From: Macrostomum lignano
Taxonomy: Eukaryota
Direction: 5' to 3'
Assembly (NCBI GenBank): GCA_002269645.1
Contig: NIVC01001999.1
Span: 92,982-156,981 of the forward strand
DNA: 64,000 nucleotides
In this document: one piece after another, positions 52,546 to 64,000 of the stretch
Position numbering within the stretch: position 1 is the first letter of the stretch
Layout of the letters: each line of letters begins with the position of its first letter
Translations under genes and position numbers: made by a program
Notes under the pieces: generated by a model
Told to the model about the DNA's origin: nothing
Seen by the model: only the letters and a program-made list of their open reading frames with translations
Databases searched by the model: none

Positions 52546-54177
52546 ATGGCTTCGACAGTTCACGCGGACGGCGCCGCCGCTGCCGCCAGCAACTTGGTCA
52601 ATCAGGCGGCCGAGACTAAGGCGGCTGCCGCGGCGGCCGGAGTGGCGTCCGCATCTGCAGCGGCCGCTGCCGCCCGGCACTCCGGGGGCGTCAAGCCGAT
52701 GAGCAACATGGCCCTGCTGGAAGAGAACGAGGACGCCAGGTATAGCAGCGATCACCTGCGCCGGCAGGTGAACTGGATCCTCGGCGTCAACCCGCAGGAC
52801 GTCCGCTTCCCGGTGAACATCGCCGAGCTAGCATTCACGGCCAATTACTTCGCAGCGTTGACAGCCGACAAGATTAAGATCTTCATCAACAAGCGAGTCC
52901 CCGAGGAGAAGAACAACTGCAAGAAGAAGACCATCGAGTTCGACGTGGACCACCGGCCGCGCGGCATCGTGTCTTATGACAACCGGGACAACCTGTGCGT
53001 GGTGTTCCAGTCCAAGATCGAGTTCTACAGCCTAGCCACCATGGACAAGGTCGGCGTCTACCAGACCTCCCTTGGCGAGATTGTCACCACGGTGACGGCC
53101 TTTAACAACCGGATTCCGCTTGGCGCTCTCTGGTGCGTGCAGGACTCTCGCAAGCCCATGAGTGTTGGCCGGCAATCGACCTTCACCTTCTGGAACGAGC
53201 AGGTGATGGTGCCTCAGCAGGTCATCTTCCTGGGCATCACCGGGTTCAACAAGACGGAGAAATACCTCAGCTTCCACTGGAGCTCGCCTACCACCATCCT
53301 GCTCATCTCCAAGGTGGAAGGCCCCGACGAGATCAGCAGCACCAGCGGTGGTGGCGGTGGCTCCGCCTCGGTGCAGGACAATCCAAACGGCAAGCCGCTG
53401 GTCTTCTGCTCTTACGACACCGCCAACAGGAAGATCTTGAACAAGTTCAGCAAGCACAATGTCCAGCGAAGCGAGCACTACTCGCTGTCTCCGGACGGCA
53501 AGCTGCTGTTCGTGTCCAGCCGGACCAAGTGCATCCTGGTGGATACCATCACGTTGAAGCAGCTGCACTCGCTGGAGCGGCTGCCGCGGCCGACCTCCGG
53601 ATTGCAGAAGTCCGCCGGCCCGGTCTGGTGGGAGCACGCGATCAGCAGCGCTGGCGACCTCATTGTGCTCAACCGGCAGAGCATGACGATCGAGTTTTAT
53701 CCGAACTTTGAGTCCCTGAGCAGTCTCGCCAATCCGCGCACCTTCGACGTGTCCAAGTGCGTCAAGTTCACGGAGGGCGGGTCCAGCCGCATCTACCCAG
53801 TGGGCTCCCTCGGCGTGCTGTTCGTCTTCAAGCACGACGGCCACGAAGAAGGCGACCAGCCAAAGCACTACAGCAGCTACAGCGTTGTACTACTCATTAG
53901 TATGGAAGGTGAGTAGTATATTGGGTAGTATGGGTGAGCTTTACTGGTGCGAGTTCAACAATGCTTGACTATCGCTATTTTTCCAGGTCATGTCCTGCTG
54001 CGGGCCGAGTGGCCCCGAGCCTACGTGCACCTCGTCACCGAAGAGATGCTGGTGTACCTGCAGTACCTGTCTACCAAGCCGTTCTCGGCCGCGCACGCCT
54101 GCATCTTCGACTTTAACATGCCGGTGACGAAGAAGTCCTTCTGGAGTCGGCAAGGCCTGGGCGAGGCCGGGCACTGA
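52546..54177 (+). CDS. Uncharacterised 517-aa protein, probable beta-propeller, 2 exons
   Basis: Exon 1 52546-53908, intron GTGAGT...TTCCAG, exon 2 53987-54177 in frame; GC3-rich codons; blade-like motifs (HRPRGIVSYD, YSLSPDGKLLFVSS, HAISSAGDLIVLN). Confidence 0.8.
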
Positions 54178-56295
54178 CTCGAGGCGGACAGCTTTTAAGC
54201 AGCGGGTCTCTTTCGTTTCCTATTCGCGCTTATCTCGCAACCGACCGATTCCTGAACTCGTTTCTGACCGTACTGCACTGTCCCATTTTCCCCATCGCAT
54301 TGGAAATCTCGTGACTTCCATAGCACAGCGCTGGGCCGTTGGTTCGCCAGCAAATCCTCTCCCCTAGGGCAGCAAGCTGTACCGCGAGCGCAGGCTATTG
54401 TAACCATAGTAACCAACGGGGTCCCGCCACAGTTTTTATTTCCCAGCCGCATGTACAATAAAATCCCAACCGGCTGTTTTCCCCTCCCTCGCGCCGCGCA
54501 ACTCGCATCTGGCGGCCTCTTTTGGCTTTTTTCTTAAACTCGTGTCGACAAAAAGCACCGAAACTTCTTAATACGCAAACGTTGAAGACTTTGCAGTAGC
54601 GCAAATACACTCACTCACTTGTGCAGCCCTTATATATGAAAATCCGAATCGAAGAGATTTTTTAGGTCTTTGAAGAATTCATTATTGCTTATAAATAGCC
54701 ACTTCCCTTCCGTTACTTCAATACTTTAAGTAGATCACAAGGGTGCAAAATATATTAAAATTCGGCCACAAAATCAATGTGTTTAAAACCACTGATTCTC
54801 TTCCTATTCTTATTTGCTGCAGACATTCTCTATAGCCTGATTCAGCATGACAAGGCAATGATTAAGCATATGCAGTCCGAAATATCCACAGTGGGTGACT
54901 TCAGCCTCTGAAATTCAGTCACGGAGATTTCGCAGTGGAAAGGTAAGAGGGAAGTGTGGAGAAGAGGCTCTGAACGAACGAGCTAGGTTGGAGTGGCCGG
55001 GACACGACCCGATCCATCTCGGATCATCTGCCTGCTAGCGCTGAAGGCGGTCGTCATAGTCTGCCACACTTGATTTACTAGGACAACAAGCCGCGCTTGT
55101 CGAGCTGCCTTGAGTACGGAACCCACATGGAACCCTTCCTGGCAGGAAATTTCCTCGATCTTGGTTTTTTATCATCAAGAGTGGAAGCGATGAAGACCAA
55201 ACCGTCGCCTTCTGAACGCGGGCGTCCCCATCCAGGATCAGCACGGCGACGCGAAGGCCAGCTGAGCCTCTCGTACGGAATCCCTCCACGCTCGCGGTTC
55301 CTACCGCTCTGTACATTAAGCCCTATCCCCTCCCTGTCCTGGGGGAATGAGTGAAGTGAATTCCAGAAAAAGCAAGGCAAACTGCTTTTGGTGGGTGAAA
55401 CAATTGGTGCCATTTGGTTGAGCGGTTTGGGAGTAACACATGTAAGACGACCCTCTTGGATCTCCGGCTTCGTTCGTCATTGGTTTGTCTAGCGGGTTGG
55501 TATTGGTCATTCTTTTAGCCGTGCCTCGGAGGGCTTAAAATCGGGATCGCTTTTAGTTACTCTTCCGTGCCTTTAGCACAAATAACTAATCCAGATCCAG
55601 ATGTTTCTGGGACTGCAAAACGGAGTCCTGAGTAGCGAGAGTGCCCGCTCGGGGGGGGGGGTCTCGACATAAAACTAGCGCGTTGCTACGGGGCGAGATA
55701 AATTATTTGCTATCAGTCAGTTTGCACGGTTAAGTCAGGGTGATTAGTAGAGGTTTAGTCTAGAGTCCAACTTCCAGTAATTTTGCAAGTCGAGCCACCA
55801 GTCTGTCCCTCGGTTATCGGTATCGGTTGAGCCGTGACTTCGCTCCCCGGCCGAATCTTCACGTGTAGATGTGGTACATAACTATTATAATTGTTATAAC
55901 TAACATTTGCATAGTCCTGAATACGCGGCCCTAGGCCTCCGCCCTGCAGATCATTTCTACGAAAACCGAGTGTCATGGCGCCCTTATCTTTACAGTGTAC
56001 GCACATGTACACTCCGCGCAGATATTTTAAGAAACTGAACCCACGTATAAGTCAGTCGCAGACATGTACATTCTTATATGTAGAGAATTTCCAGGAAATT
56101 TTTCCAAAGCCTCCCTGCCGTCCCCCACACACTGACATCCTTATATTTATTATAAAAGCCTAATGGCCCAGTAGGCAAGTAACCAGAACGACCGAACGAA
56201 TCCTGGAGTTGAAAACTATAAGCTACAACGCCTGTTGGCACGTATTATTATCAACAACTGTGTGCGTTTGAACAAGTTTTGAGTGTCAATCACAC

Positions 56296-59200
56296 ATGAG
56301 CTCGGAGTCAGAGTCAGACGGCGACACCGAAGGTGCTGAGCTCTGCGGCCAGTCGGAGTCGCTGACCCGCCGTCTGCGCAACATCCTCCGCGACTACTCG
56401 GACGGCCTGGCCATCCCCAAGGAGCTCATTCAGAATGCGGACGACGCCGGCGCCACCGAGGTGACGCTGATCTACGACAGCCGGGCCAATCTGCAGTGGC
56501 GCGAGACCGTCATGGGCCGGCGGATGGCCGACTGCCAGGTGGGTGGCGGGCGGCTCTAATTGTGTTGGCTGATGCAGGGGAGTAGCCAGCATCTTTCATT
56601 GAGGGGGTCCTTTTTGACTGGGCGCCATTTTAGTTAACTGGGCGCTGTTTTATTTAACTGGGCGCCATTTTATTCGACTGAGTGCCATTTTATCTGACTG
56701 AGCGCCATTCTATTTGACTGAGCGCCGTTTTATTTGATTGAGTGGCATTTTATTTGATTGGGCGCCATTTTATTTGTCTAAGCGCCATTTTAGTTAACTG
56801 AGCGCCATTTTATTTGACTGAGTGCCATTTTATCTGACTGAGCGCCATTTTATTTGACTGAGTGCCATTTTATCTGACTGAGCGCCATTTTATTTCACGG
56901 GGCGCCATTTTATTTCACGGGGCGCCATTTTATTTCACGGGGCGCCCTTTTATTTGACTGAGCGCCATTTTAGTTAACTGGGCGCCGTTTTATTTGACTC
57001 AGTGCCATTTTAGTTAACTGGGCGCCGTTTTATTTGACTAAGCGCCATTTTAATCAACTGGGCGCCATTTTATTTGACTAAGCACCATTTTAATCAACTG
57101 GGCGCCGTTTTATTTGACTGAGCGCCATTCTATGAGTATTTTACAAGGACTTCCATGACGGGAAACTGTGATTCTTAGAAAAAGTTAAGCAGGCTGGTTT
57201 TCGCTGAAAATTGGCTACGGAGCTAGGACGTTTTCACTTTCTTGATATTAAATTTGTTATCGCTTTCGATAGCAGGCAGACCCAATGTTCATATTTTGAT
57301 ATGTTGTGCCTTTCTTATTGCTCTATTGATATTCATAAAGCTTTTCAATCAGAAAATTAGAATTCTATGTTAATTTTTTATTCTAAGTACAATTGCGCAT
57401 GTCCTGTGCCTAACAAGCATTAAAATGGCACGGCTCATTGGTTTCATGAATCTATTTTATCATTCTTAGCTGACTGTGTAGCAATATGCGTAGCAGAGAA
57501 TCCAGAGATGATAAAATAGATTTAATATCTTTAAGACCAAATATTTGAGCTGTGCCATTTATTTTTATGATTTTTAGATGCAGCAAATGTGCGTAGAATA
57601 AAAAGTTTACATGGAATTCTAATTTTCTGAAGGAAAAGCTTTACAAATATCAATAGAGCTGTAAGAAAGCACAGCATATCAAAAAATGAACACTGGGTCT
57701 GCCTGCTATCGAAAGCAATAACAATTTTTTGTGCTGAAAAAAATGACTTCCTATCTCCATAGTGTATTTTTCGGCGAAAACCAGCCTGCCTAGTAATAAT
57801 AATAATAAAGCTAATAATATCTAATTACACCTGCCCAATTACGCCTGATGTGCAGCCGACAGACAGCTCAGCCGCAGCTATTGCGCGGCGCATCTGAAGG
57901 CTGCGTACGGCTGTTCAGTCCAAGGACTGGGGGGGGGGGGTCGCCACACACCCTCAATTACCCTCGCTGAGTGCTGAGCCCCAAGCCGAGAAGTCGATTT
58001 TACAGCTGGGTGAACTGAAGCAATGCAGAGTAAAATGTCCTGCTCAAGGGCACAAATTGTTCCAGTGGGATCGGGAATCGAACCCCCGACCTTCAAGTCG
58101 TGAGTCCGACGCTCTAACCACTAGGCTACAAGTACAGCCCCCTAATAGGGTGAGTAGCCTGCTTAACTTTTCTCAGAAATGTACTGCCCGTCCTTCTACT
58201 TGGGTAGTCCTTGATATTGGACTGGGTGCCAGTTTCCCGTCCTACTTGGGTAGTCCTTGATATTGAACTGGGTGCCAGTTTCCCGTCCTTATACTTGGGT
58301 AGTCCTTGATATTGGACTGGGTGCCAGTTTCCCGTCCTACTTGGTAGTCCTTGATATTGAACTGGGTGCCAGTTTCCCGTCCTACTTGAGTAGTCCTTGA
58401 TATTGGACTGGGTGCCAGTTTCCCGTCCTACTTGAGTAGTCCTTGACATTGGACTGGGTGCCAGTTTCCCGTCCTACTTGAGTAGTCCTTGACATTGGAC
58501 TGGGTGCCAGTTTCCCGTCCTACTTGAGTAGTCCTTGACATTGGACTGGGTGCCAGTTTCCCGTCCTACTTGAGTAGTCCTTGACATTGGACTGGGTGCC
58601 AGTTTCCCGTCCTACTTAAGTAGTCCTTGACATTGGACTGGGTGCCAGTTTCCCGTCCTAATTGAGTAGTCCTTGACATTGGACTGGGTGCCAGTTTCCC
58701 GTCCTACTTGAGTAGTCCTTGACATTGGACTGGGTGCCAGTTTCCCGTCCTACTTGAGTAGTCCTTGATATTGGACTGGGTGCCATGCAAATAGCACACG
58801 CAAACACTAAAAATGATGTTCTTCAAGTTTCTATTTCAATTAATCCAGATCATTTGAGTCCCGATTCACAAAAAATCACAACTCACTCAATCGCGATTCT
58901 CCAAATTCTACTCAACCAATCACTTTTGATCTCGTGTCATCCCAAAAAGTTTGTTAAGTCCCAGCTCACCAAATGTGAGAAACATCTCAGGTAAAAAAAA
59001 TTCCGACAAAGCTGACTGCTGGGTGTTCCGCCCCCTCGCCCTACCTGCCTCTCAGGGCCCCTGCCTCTGGGTGCACAACGACGCGCAGTTTACTGACGAC
59101 GACTTCAAGAACCTGCTGAGCCTTGGCGGCGCCACCAAGGAGGCGCAGGCGGCGAAGGTGGGCAAATTCGGCCTCGGATTCAACGCCGTCTACAACCTGA

Positions 59201-62200
59201 CGGACGTGCCGGCCGTCCTCAGCGGCTGCCAGCTGCAGCTGCTTGACCCGCACGGCGAGAAGCGTGGCCGTGGATTCCTGGAGGAGGTGAGAAGCTTTGG
59301 TGGGGGGGGGATTCTGAGCAGCTCTGCCAGCGCCTTCCCAGTGGGGGCACTTGAAAGGTACCAAGGTGTCCTGTCCTGTTATGGCATTTTTACTGTATTT
59401 TCACCACCTGGCCTCAGTGTCACCCCCGGCTTTTCAATGGAAGCTTTCACCCCAATGTGCTTTACTGGCTAGGATATTTGACCCTCCCAATGTGCTTCAC
59501 TGGCTAGGGTATTTGACCCCCTGGCTACAGTATTTGACCCCCTCTGGCTACGGTATTTGACCCCCAACTGTACTTCACTGGCTAGAGTATTTCCCCATGT
59601 CCTTAGTTTCACTCCAATCCTGAACCTCTACCGTCCTTCAGGGCGTCCAAAGCGCAGCTTAATCTTCCGACCAGTTTTCGTTGGTTGATATACGCTCGTA
59701 GTTATTATTTTAATGGTCTCCCATTGTTAAATAAATGAATGCTACATTTTCTATTGACCCTTACTTCGTCAGATCTACCGCAAATACCGCAAGTGCGACA
59801 CCGGCCTCAGGCTGAACTTCTCCAAGGAGGCCGGGCGCCGCATGCTGGCCAAGTATCCGCATCAGTTCGCGCCCTACACCGGCGTCATGGGCTGCGGCCC
59901 GGACCTCGGAGCCGAGCCCTACCCCGGCACGCTCATCCGACTGCCGCTGCGGACTCAGGAGCAGGCCGGCGAATCGCAGATCTGCCAACGGGCCTACAGC
60001 GAGCAGGAGATGCGCGACCTGCTTGACAAGACGGCTCAGCAAGCCCGCCACTTGCTGCTGTTCACCCAGTCCGTGTCCAGCTTCCGGCTGCTGCATCTGC
60101 GCGATGGCTCGAACGGCTCGCTGCAGACCGACACGCTGCTCAAAGTGAGTCGCAGCCTGATTAAGTGCATTCGGCCGTTGCCGGGCACAAGCGAATCAGC
60201 GGATCTGCGCTCCCAGACGCGTGTACTGGCCGCTGCGGCCGAATATCTGGCGGGTGACAACGGCGGCGCTGGCGATGGAAGTTTCGCTGGGCAGCTGAAG
60301 CTGCACATCGACGTGCAGATAAACGAGACGGAAGCGAAGCGGGTTGGCATCGACACGAACGTCGCTATAACCGCCTCGGACAACTGGCTGGTGAGCGTAG
60401 CTCTGGGCTCGGGCGAGTCGCTGGAGATGTCGCGTCAACGCGAGGGACTCAGCCTCCCCGTCGCCAGTGTCGCCATTCGCCTGTCGGCTGGCGGCACCGC
60501 GATTGAGCCGGTGAATCGCGGCGTCGCCTTCTGCTTTCTGCCGCTGCCCATCGAGTCGCCGCTGCTGTTCCACGTAAACGCCGCCTTCGCAGTCACGTCC
60601 AGCCGACGCTACCTGGAGGAGGCCACCATGGACGAAGCCGAGGGCCGCTGGCACCCAGGTCGCTGGAACGCCGCCCTGCTGCGCGAAGCCGCCTGCGCCG
60701 CGCTGGTGTCTGCGCTCGAGCGACTCACTGCCGAAAACATCACGGGCGCACCTTCGATCTGGCCGCTGCTAGAGGCCAACAACGGTGTCTGGCATCCTCT
60801 GATTGAGAGTTTCTACAGGACTGTCTTCATCGAAACTGATCGCGCTCCAAGCATCTTTTACACCTCGGTGGGCTGGCGGCCGCTGGCTCAAGTTGTTTCT
60901 CTCGACGAATCGGCGCTGGGTGCCGCCGCATTGGGCTTTGAAGCTGCCAATGTTGTGCGCCGTCTGGCCCGGTCACTGATTCCGGCCGGCTCCGGCCTGG
61001 CTGAAGGCTTAGCGTCCAGCGTTCAAGCCGCTGCAGTGCGCCTCAACCTGCTTGGACACAGACTCTGGTCGGGTGAAGTCTTTGTTGCCAATTTTCTGGA
61101 ACAACTTAACAGTCTGTGGGATTCGTCTGATGATGAGCGTCATTTGTGCTCCGAGTTTCTTAAATTTTTGCTTAAAAATCTGAGTAGGGAAGACATCGCA
61201 CCACAGGACCCAACAGTTTGGCTCATGTCGGAGGGCATCAGGAGCATGCTTAAATCTAGCCACTTCCTGCCTGACCAATCAAATCGGCTTTGCCGAGTAA
61301 GCGATCTGCTGGATCCGCACTGCGCTGCAGCTGCTCTGTATTTCCCAACTGACTCTGTATTTCCTAGAACAGACTTCAAAGAGGACTACAGTCTACGACC
61401 TGTCCTAATTTCTCTTGGCTTCAGTCTCAAATTCCATTTGACCATGTTCTTGAACGAGCTAATACCGTGTCAGCACTGAGCCAAGAAAATCGCCTGGAGG
61501 ACGCTTTGAAGAGGGCGCGATCTCTGATGAAGTATCTCGATCTAAACCGAACTGAATTTCAAGATCGCCTTCGTGAGCTGGCCAGCGTTGAATTTCTTCC
61601 AGCCAAGCGGAAGCCCGACGACTGCAGCCTGCACTGGCGCTCGGATGACTACCCCGTTACTCAGCTGTTCGCACCGGAAGTTCTATTCGAGTCTAAACAA
61701 GAGACATTGGGTTCTCTCTGTCAGTTAGTTCTGGACAGCTGTGTACTTTCAGATACCAATCATTTAGCCCGAGAAGCATTGAATAAAAGCATTGGGGTAC
61801 AAAAGGAAGTACCTCGCGTAATTGCTTGGGAACAGCTGCGTAGGGCGACGCAAACGTTTAGCATCGACAGTCGTCCTGTTTGCCTGGATGTGTATGAACA
61901 TTTCTCTAAGCTTCTAATCAATAATCCTAAACTGGCCGATGAGATAAAGCTTGAATTCGAAGGTCTCAGCTCACCAGCAATAGTGTACTCGGATACTGGC
62001 TACTTAAAACCACACCAGGTGTCTCTGAGTTTTAAAGATCGAGAATGTCCACCCTACCTGTTTCGCCTGCCGTCTGACCTTCGAGTGGGCTATTTTAGTC
62101 ATGAAAAGTATCTGCCGTTTCTTAAAGCGATTGGCGTTCTCGAAGAATTTGACTGCACCACCTACTGCAGAGTGCTTGAAGAAATACACGAGAACAAAAG

Positions 62201-64000
62201 TGGATCCGCTCTGACGGATAGTGAGAGAAAGAGTTGCATTGAGCTGCTAACGCGGCTGAGTGAGCTTAGCGAGCTGCCCGAGCCATCTGAAATTTTCGCT
62301 CCAGATCATGAAGGCTTCCTAGTCCGATGCTCGCACCTTTGTTTTGGCAGCGTGAAGTGGCTCACCAAAGTCGATAAGCTGCGCTTCGCTCACAAAGACT
62401 TGGCGTACGGCGTTTGCGAGAAGTTGCGAATCCCTGATCAGAGAGTTCAAACTCTGAGAAAACATCACGTGCCGCTGCCGTTCGGCCAAAAAGAAGAGCT
62501 CACTACTCGACTCAAAGGAATTCTTCAAGGCTATCCTCTGGGCATCGAGATCTTCAAGGAGCTCGTTCAGAACGCGGATGACGCCGGTGCTACTAGGCTG
62601 CAATTCATCAACGATCGTCGCAATCTCGGAACAGAGAAGGTGCTGAGCGACGAGTGGAAGGCGCTACAGGGACCGGCGCTTGTAGTTGTCAATGACACGA
62701 CGTTCAATGACGAAGACATCGAAGGAATTCAGAAGCTTGGTGTCGGCTCCAAAGGAAGCCAGCCCTGGAAAACGGGGCAGTACGGCATAGGGTTCAATTG
62801 TGTCTATCACGTGACGGATGTGCCGATGTTTCTCTCTGACAATCGGTCCTGTGTGTGATGGACCCCCACTGCAGGCACATGCCGCATGCCAACACAGAAA
62901 GTCCAGGCGGAATGTACAAAGATGAAGGTCTTGACGAAGTGAGGGACGATTTTCGTGACGTTTTTGATGGATTCAAAATCAGCAATGAGACCACGACCGG
63001 CTCCACTGTCTTTAGACTGCCTCTCAGAACTTTGGAAACGGCGCGCCTCTCTGAGATTTTCCCGGCTGCAAAACCTTTGAATTCTAATGATATCTACAAA
63101 CTATTTAAAAAAGTTTGCTGAAGATTTGGCGGAAATCTTACTGTTTTGAGCAGCGTCAAGACTATTCAACTTCTGAACTGGGCACTGATGGCAAGCTGAC
63201 CAAAGTCTTTGAAACAAGCTCGACTATATCGGACCCATCGGCCTGCATTCGATTCAGAGGCGAGTGTCAGAAAATCGGCAGGCAGCTGGTTCAGAAAGAT
63301 TTCGACCCGAAGCTCTTGCATTCGTGCACGCAGGAAGTGTATGAGGCTATGATCTCTACCCATAACACCTTTTTACAAGAAACCTGACTCCACCAGCAGT
63401 AAGTGGATTGTAGCCCAGCAACTCGGGTTGCCAGCTGACTCAGCGAGCGTCATTCCCAGCAAAGACCAGAGCAAGCTTGGCTATGCTGTTTCCAATGGCG
63501 AGTGAAGGCACTTCCGAAGGTAGGAGTGGCAGCGCGGCTTGATCAGAGCAAAAAGTTCACCGAGAACACCGTGTGTTCAACCTGCTGCCGCTTCCCCTGA
63601 CAACCGATCTGCCTGTTCACATCAACGGCCACTTTGCCCTTGACCCGTCTCGCCGCAGTCTGTGGGAGGCTCATTCTAGCGATGCCTCTGCCGAATGGAA
63701 CAATCTGCTAGTGAGCACTGCTCTTTCCTGTGTGCTACGCAACTCTCTGGAGGCGGCGACGCAGCGTCTACCTCTTGAAGATCAATCGAAAGTGATGGTA
63801 ATTCATCACCCTTTGAACATTATTACCGTTTGTTTCCAGAGGCAAAGGATGAGAAACCCGGCAAGTCCCACTGGAACACAATGGCGATTAAATTCTACCA
63901 AAATGTATTAAAAACCAGCGCAGAATTTTCCTGTCGTTGACCTGACTAATCAGAGCATGATTAGCTGGCTCCCTCTTGCTCAAAGCCCTCAGTCAGTAGA
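56296..64000 (+). CDS. SACS: Sacsin-like protein (repeated HSP90/GHKL-like SRR modules), 5' part, with apparent frameshifts
   Basis: Exon 1 56296-56538 (CGQSESLTRRLRNILRDY...ELIQNADDAGA), exon 2 59056-59286 (GKFGLGFNAVYNLTDVP), long exon from 59773; second module FGQKEELTTRLKGILQGY...ELVQNADDA...GQYGIGFNCVYHVTD; LPVHINGHFAL. Confidence 0.9.
56615..57130. repeat. ~20-bp minisatellite (GAGCGCCATTTTATTTGACT)
   Basis: Tandem copies in sacsin intron 1. Confidence 0.9.
57188..57790. mobile_element. Foldback-type MITE with long imperfect TIRs and a probable TA TSD (Tc1/mariner-like)
   Basis: Left arm GCAGGCTGGTTTTCGCTGAAAA...GCTTTCGATAGCAGGCAGACCC mirrors right arm GGGTCTGCCTGCTATCGAAAGC...TTTTCGGCGAAAACCAGCCTGC; TA on both flanks. 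Confidence 0.8.
57794..58131 (-). mobile_element. tRNA-derived SINE, copy 2
   Basis: Same head, core and (TTA)n tail as 36644-36951. Confidence 0.85.
58190..58787. repeat. 46-bp minisatellite (GTAGTCCTTGACATTGGACTGGGTGCCAGTTTCCCGTCCTACTTGA)
   Basis: About 13 copies. Confidence 0.95.

Noticed and set aside
53032-53868. 278-aa minus-strand ORF
   Set aside because: Antisense shadow of the GC-rich 52546-54177 gene.
55035-55510. Short overlapping ORFs in the intergenic region
   Set aside because: No recognisable motif or consistent splice structure; may be a decayed TE fragment, but I cannot support that.

Overview
Eukaryotic (metazoan) genomic DNA with spliceosomal GT-AG introns, GC-rich exons and introns filled with intron-specific minisatellites. 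This architecture suggests a Macrostomum-like flatworm (inference only). Genes in order: the 5' part of a divergent IP3-receptor-like channel (minus, 16244 to <1); a small secreted cationic-peptide gene nested antisense in its intron 2; a divergent, Cys-rich actin with four CArG boxes upstream; an internally deleted Crypton-like tyrosine-recombinase element flanked by palindromes; an SDR16C-type dehydrogenase interrupted by a very recent, near-intact 7.5-kb BEL/Pao LTR retrotransposon; AIFM3; ODAD1/CCDC63-114; a TPD52-family gene; an orphan beta-propeller-like gene; and the 5' part of a sacsin-like gene. Also present are two tRNA-derived SINE copies and two MITEs. No rRNA, true tRNA or CRISPR array was seen. 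Several single-base frameshifts fall in homopolymers and look like long-read errors. All alignments and exon calls were made by eye.
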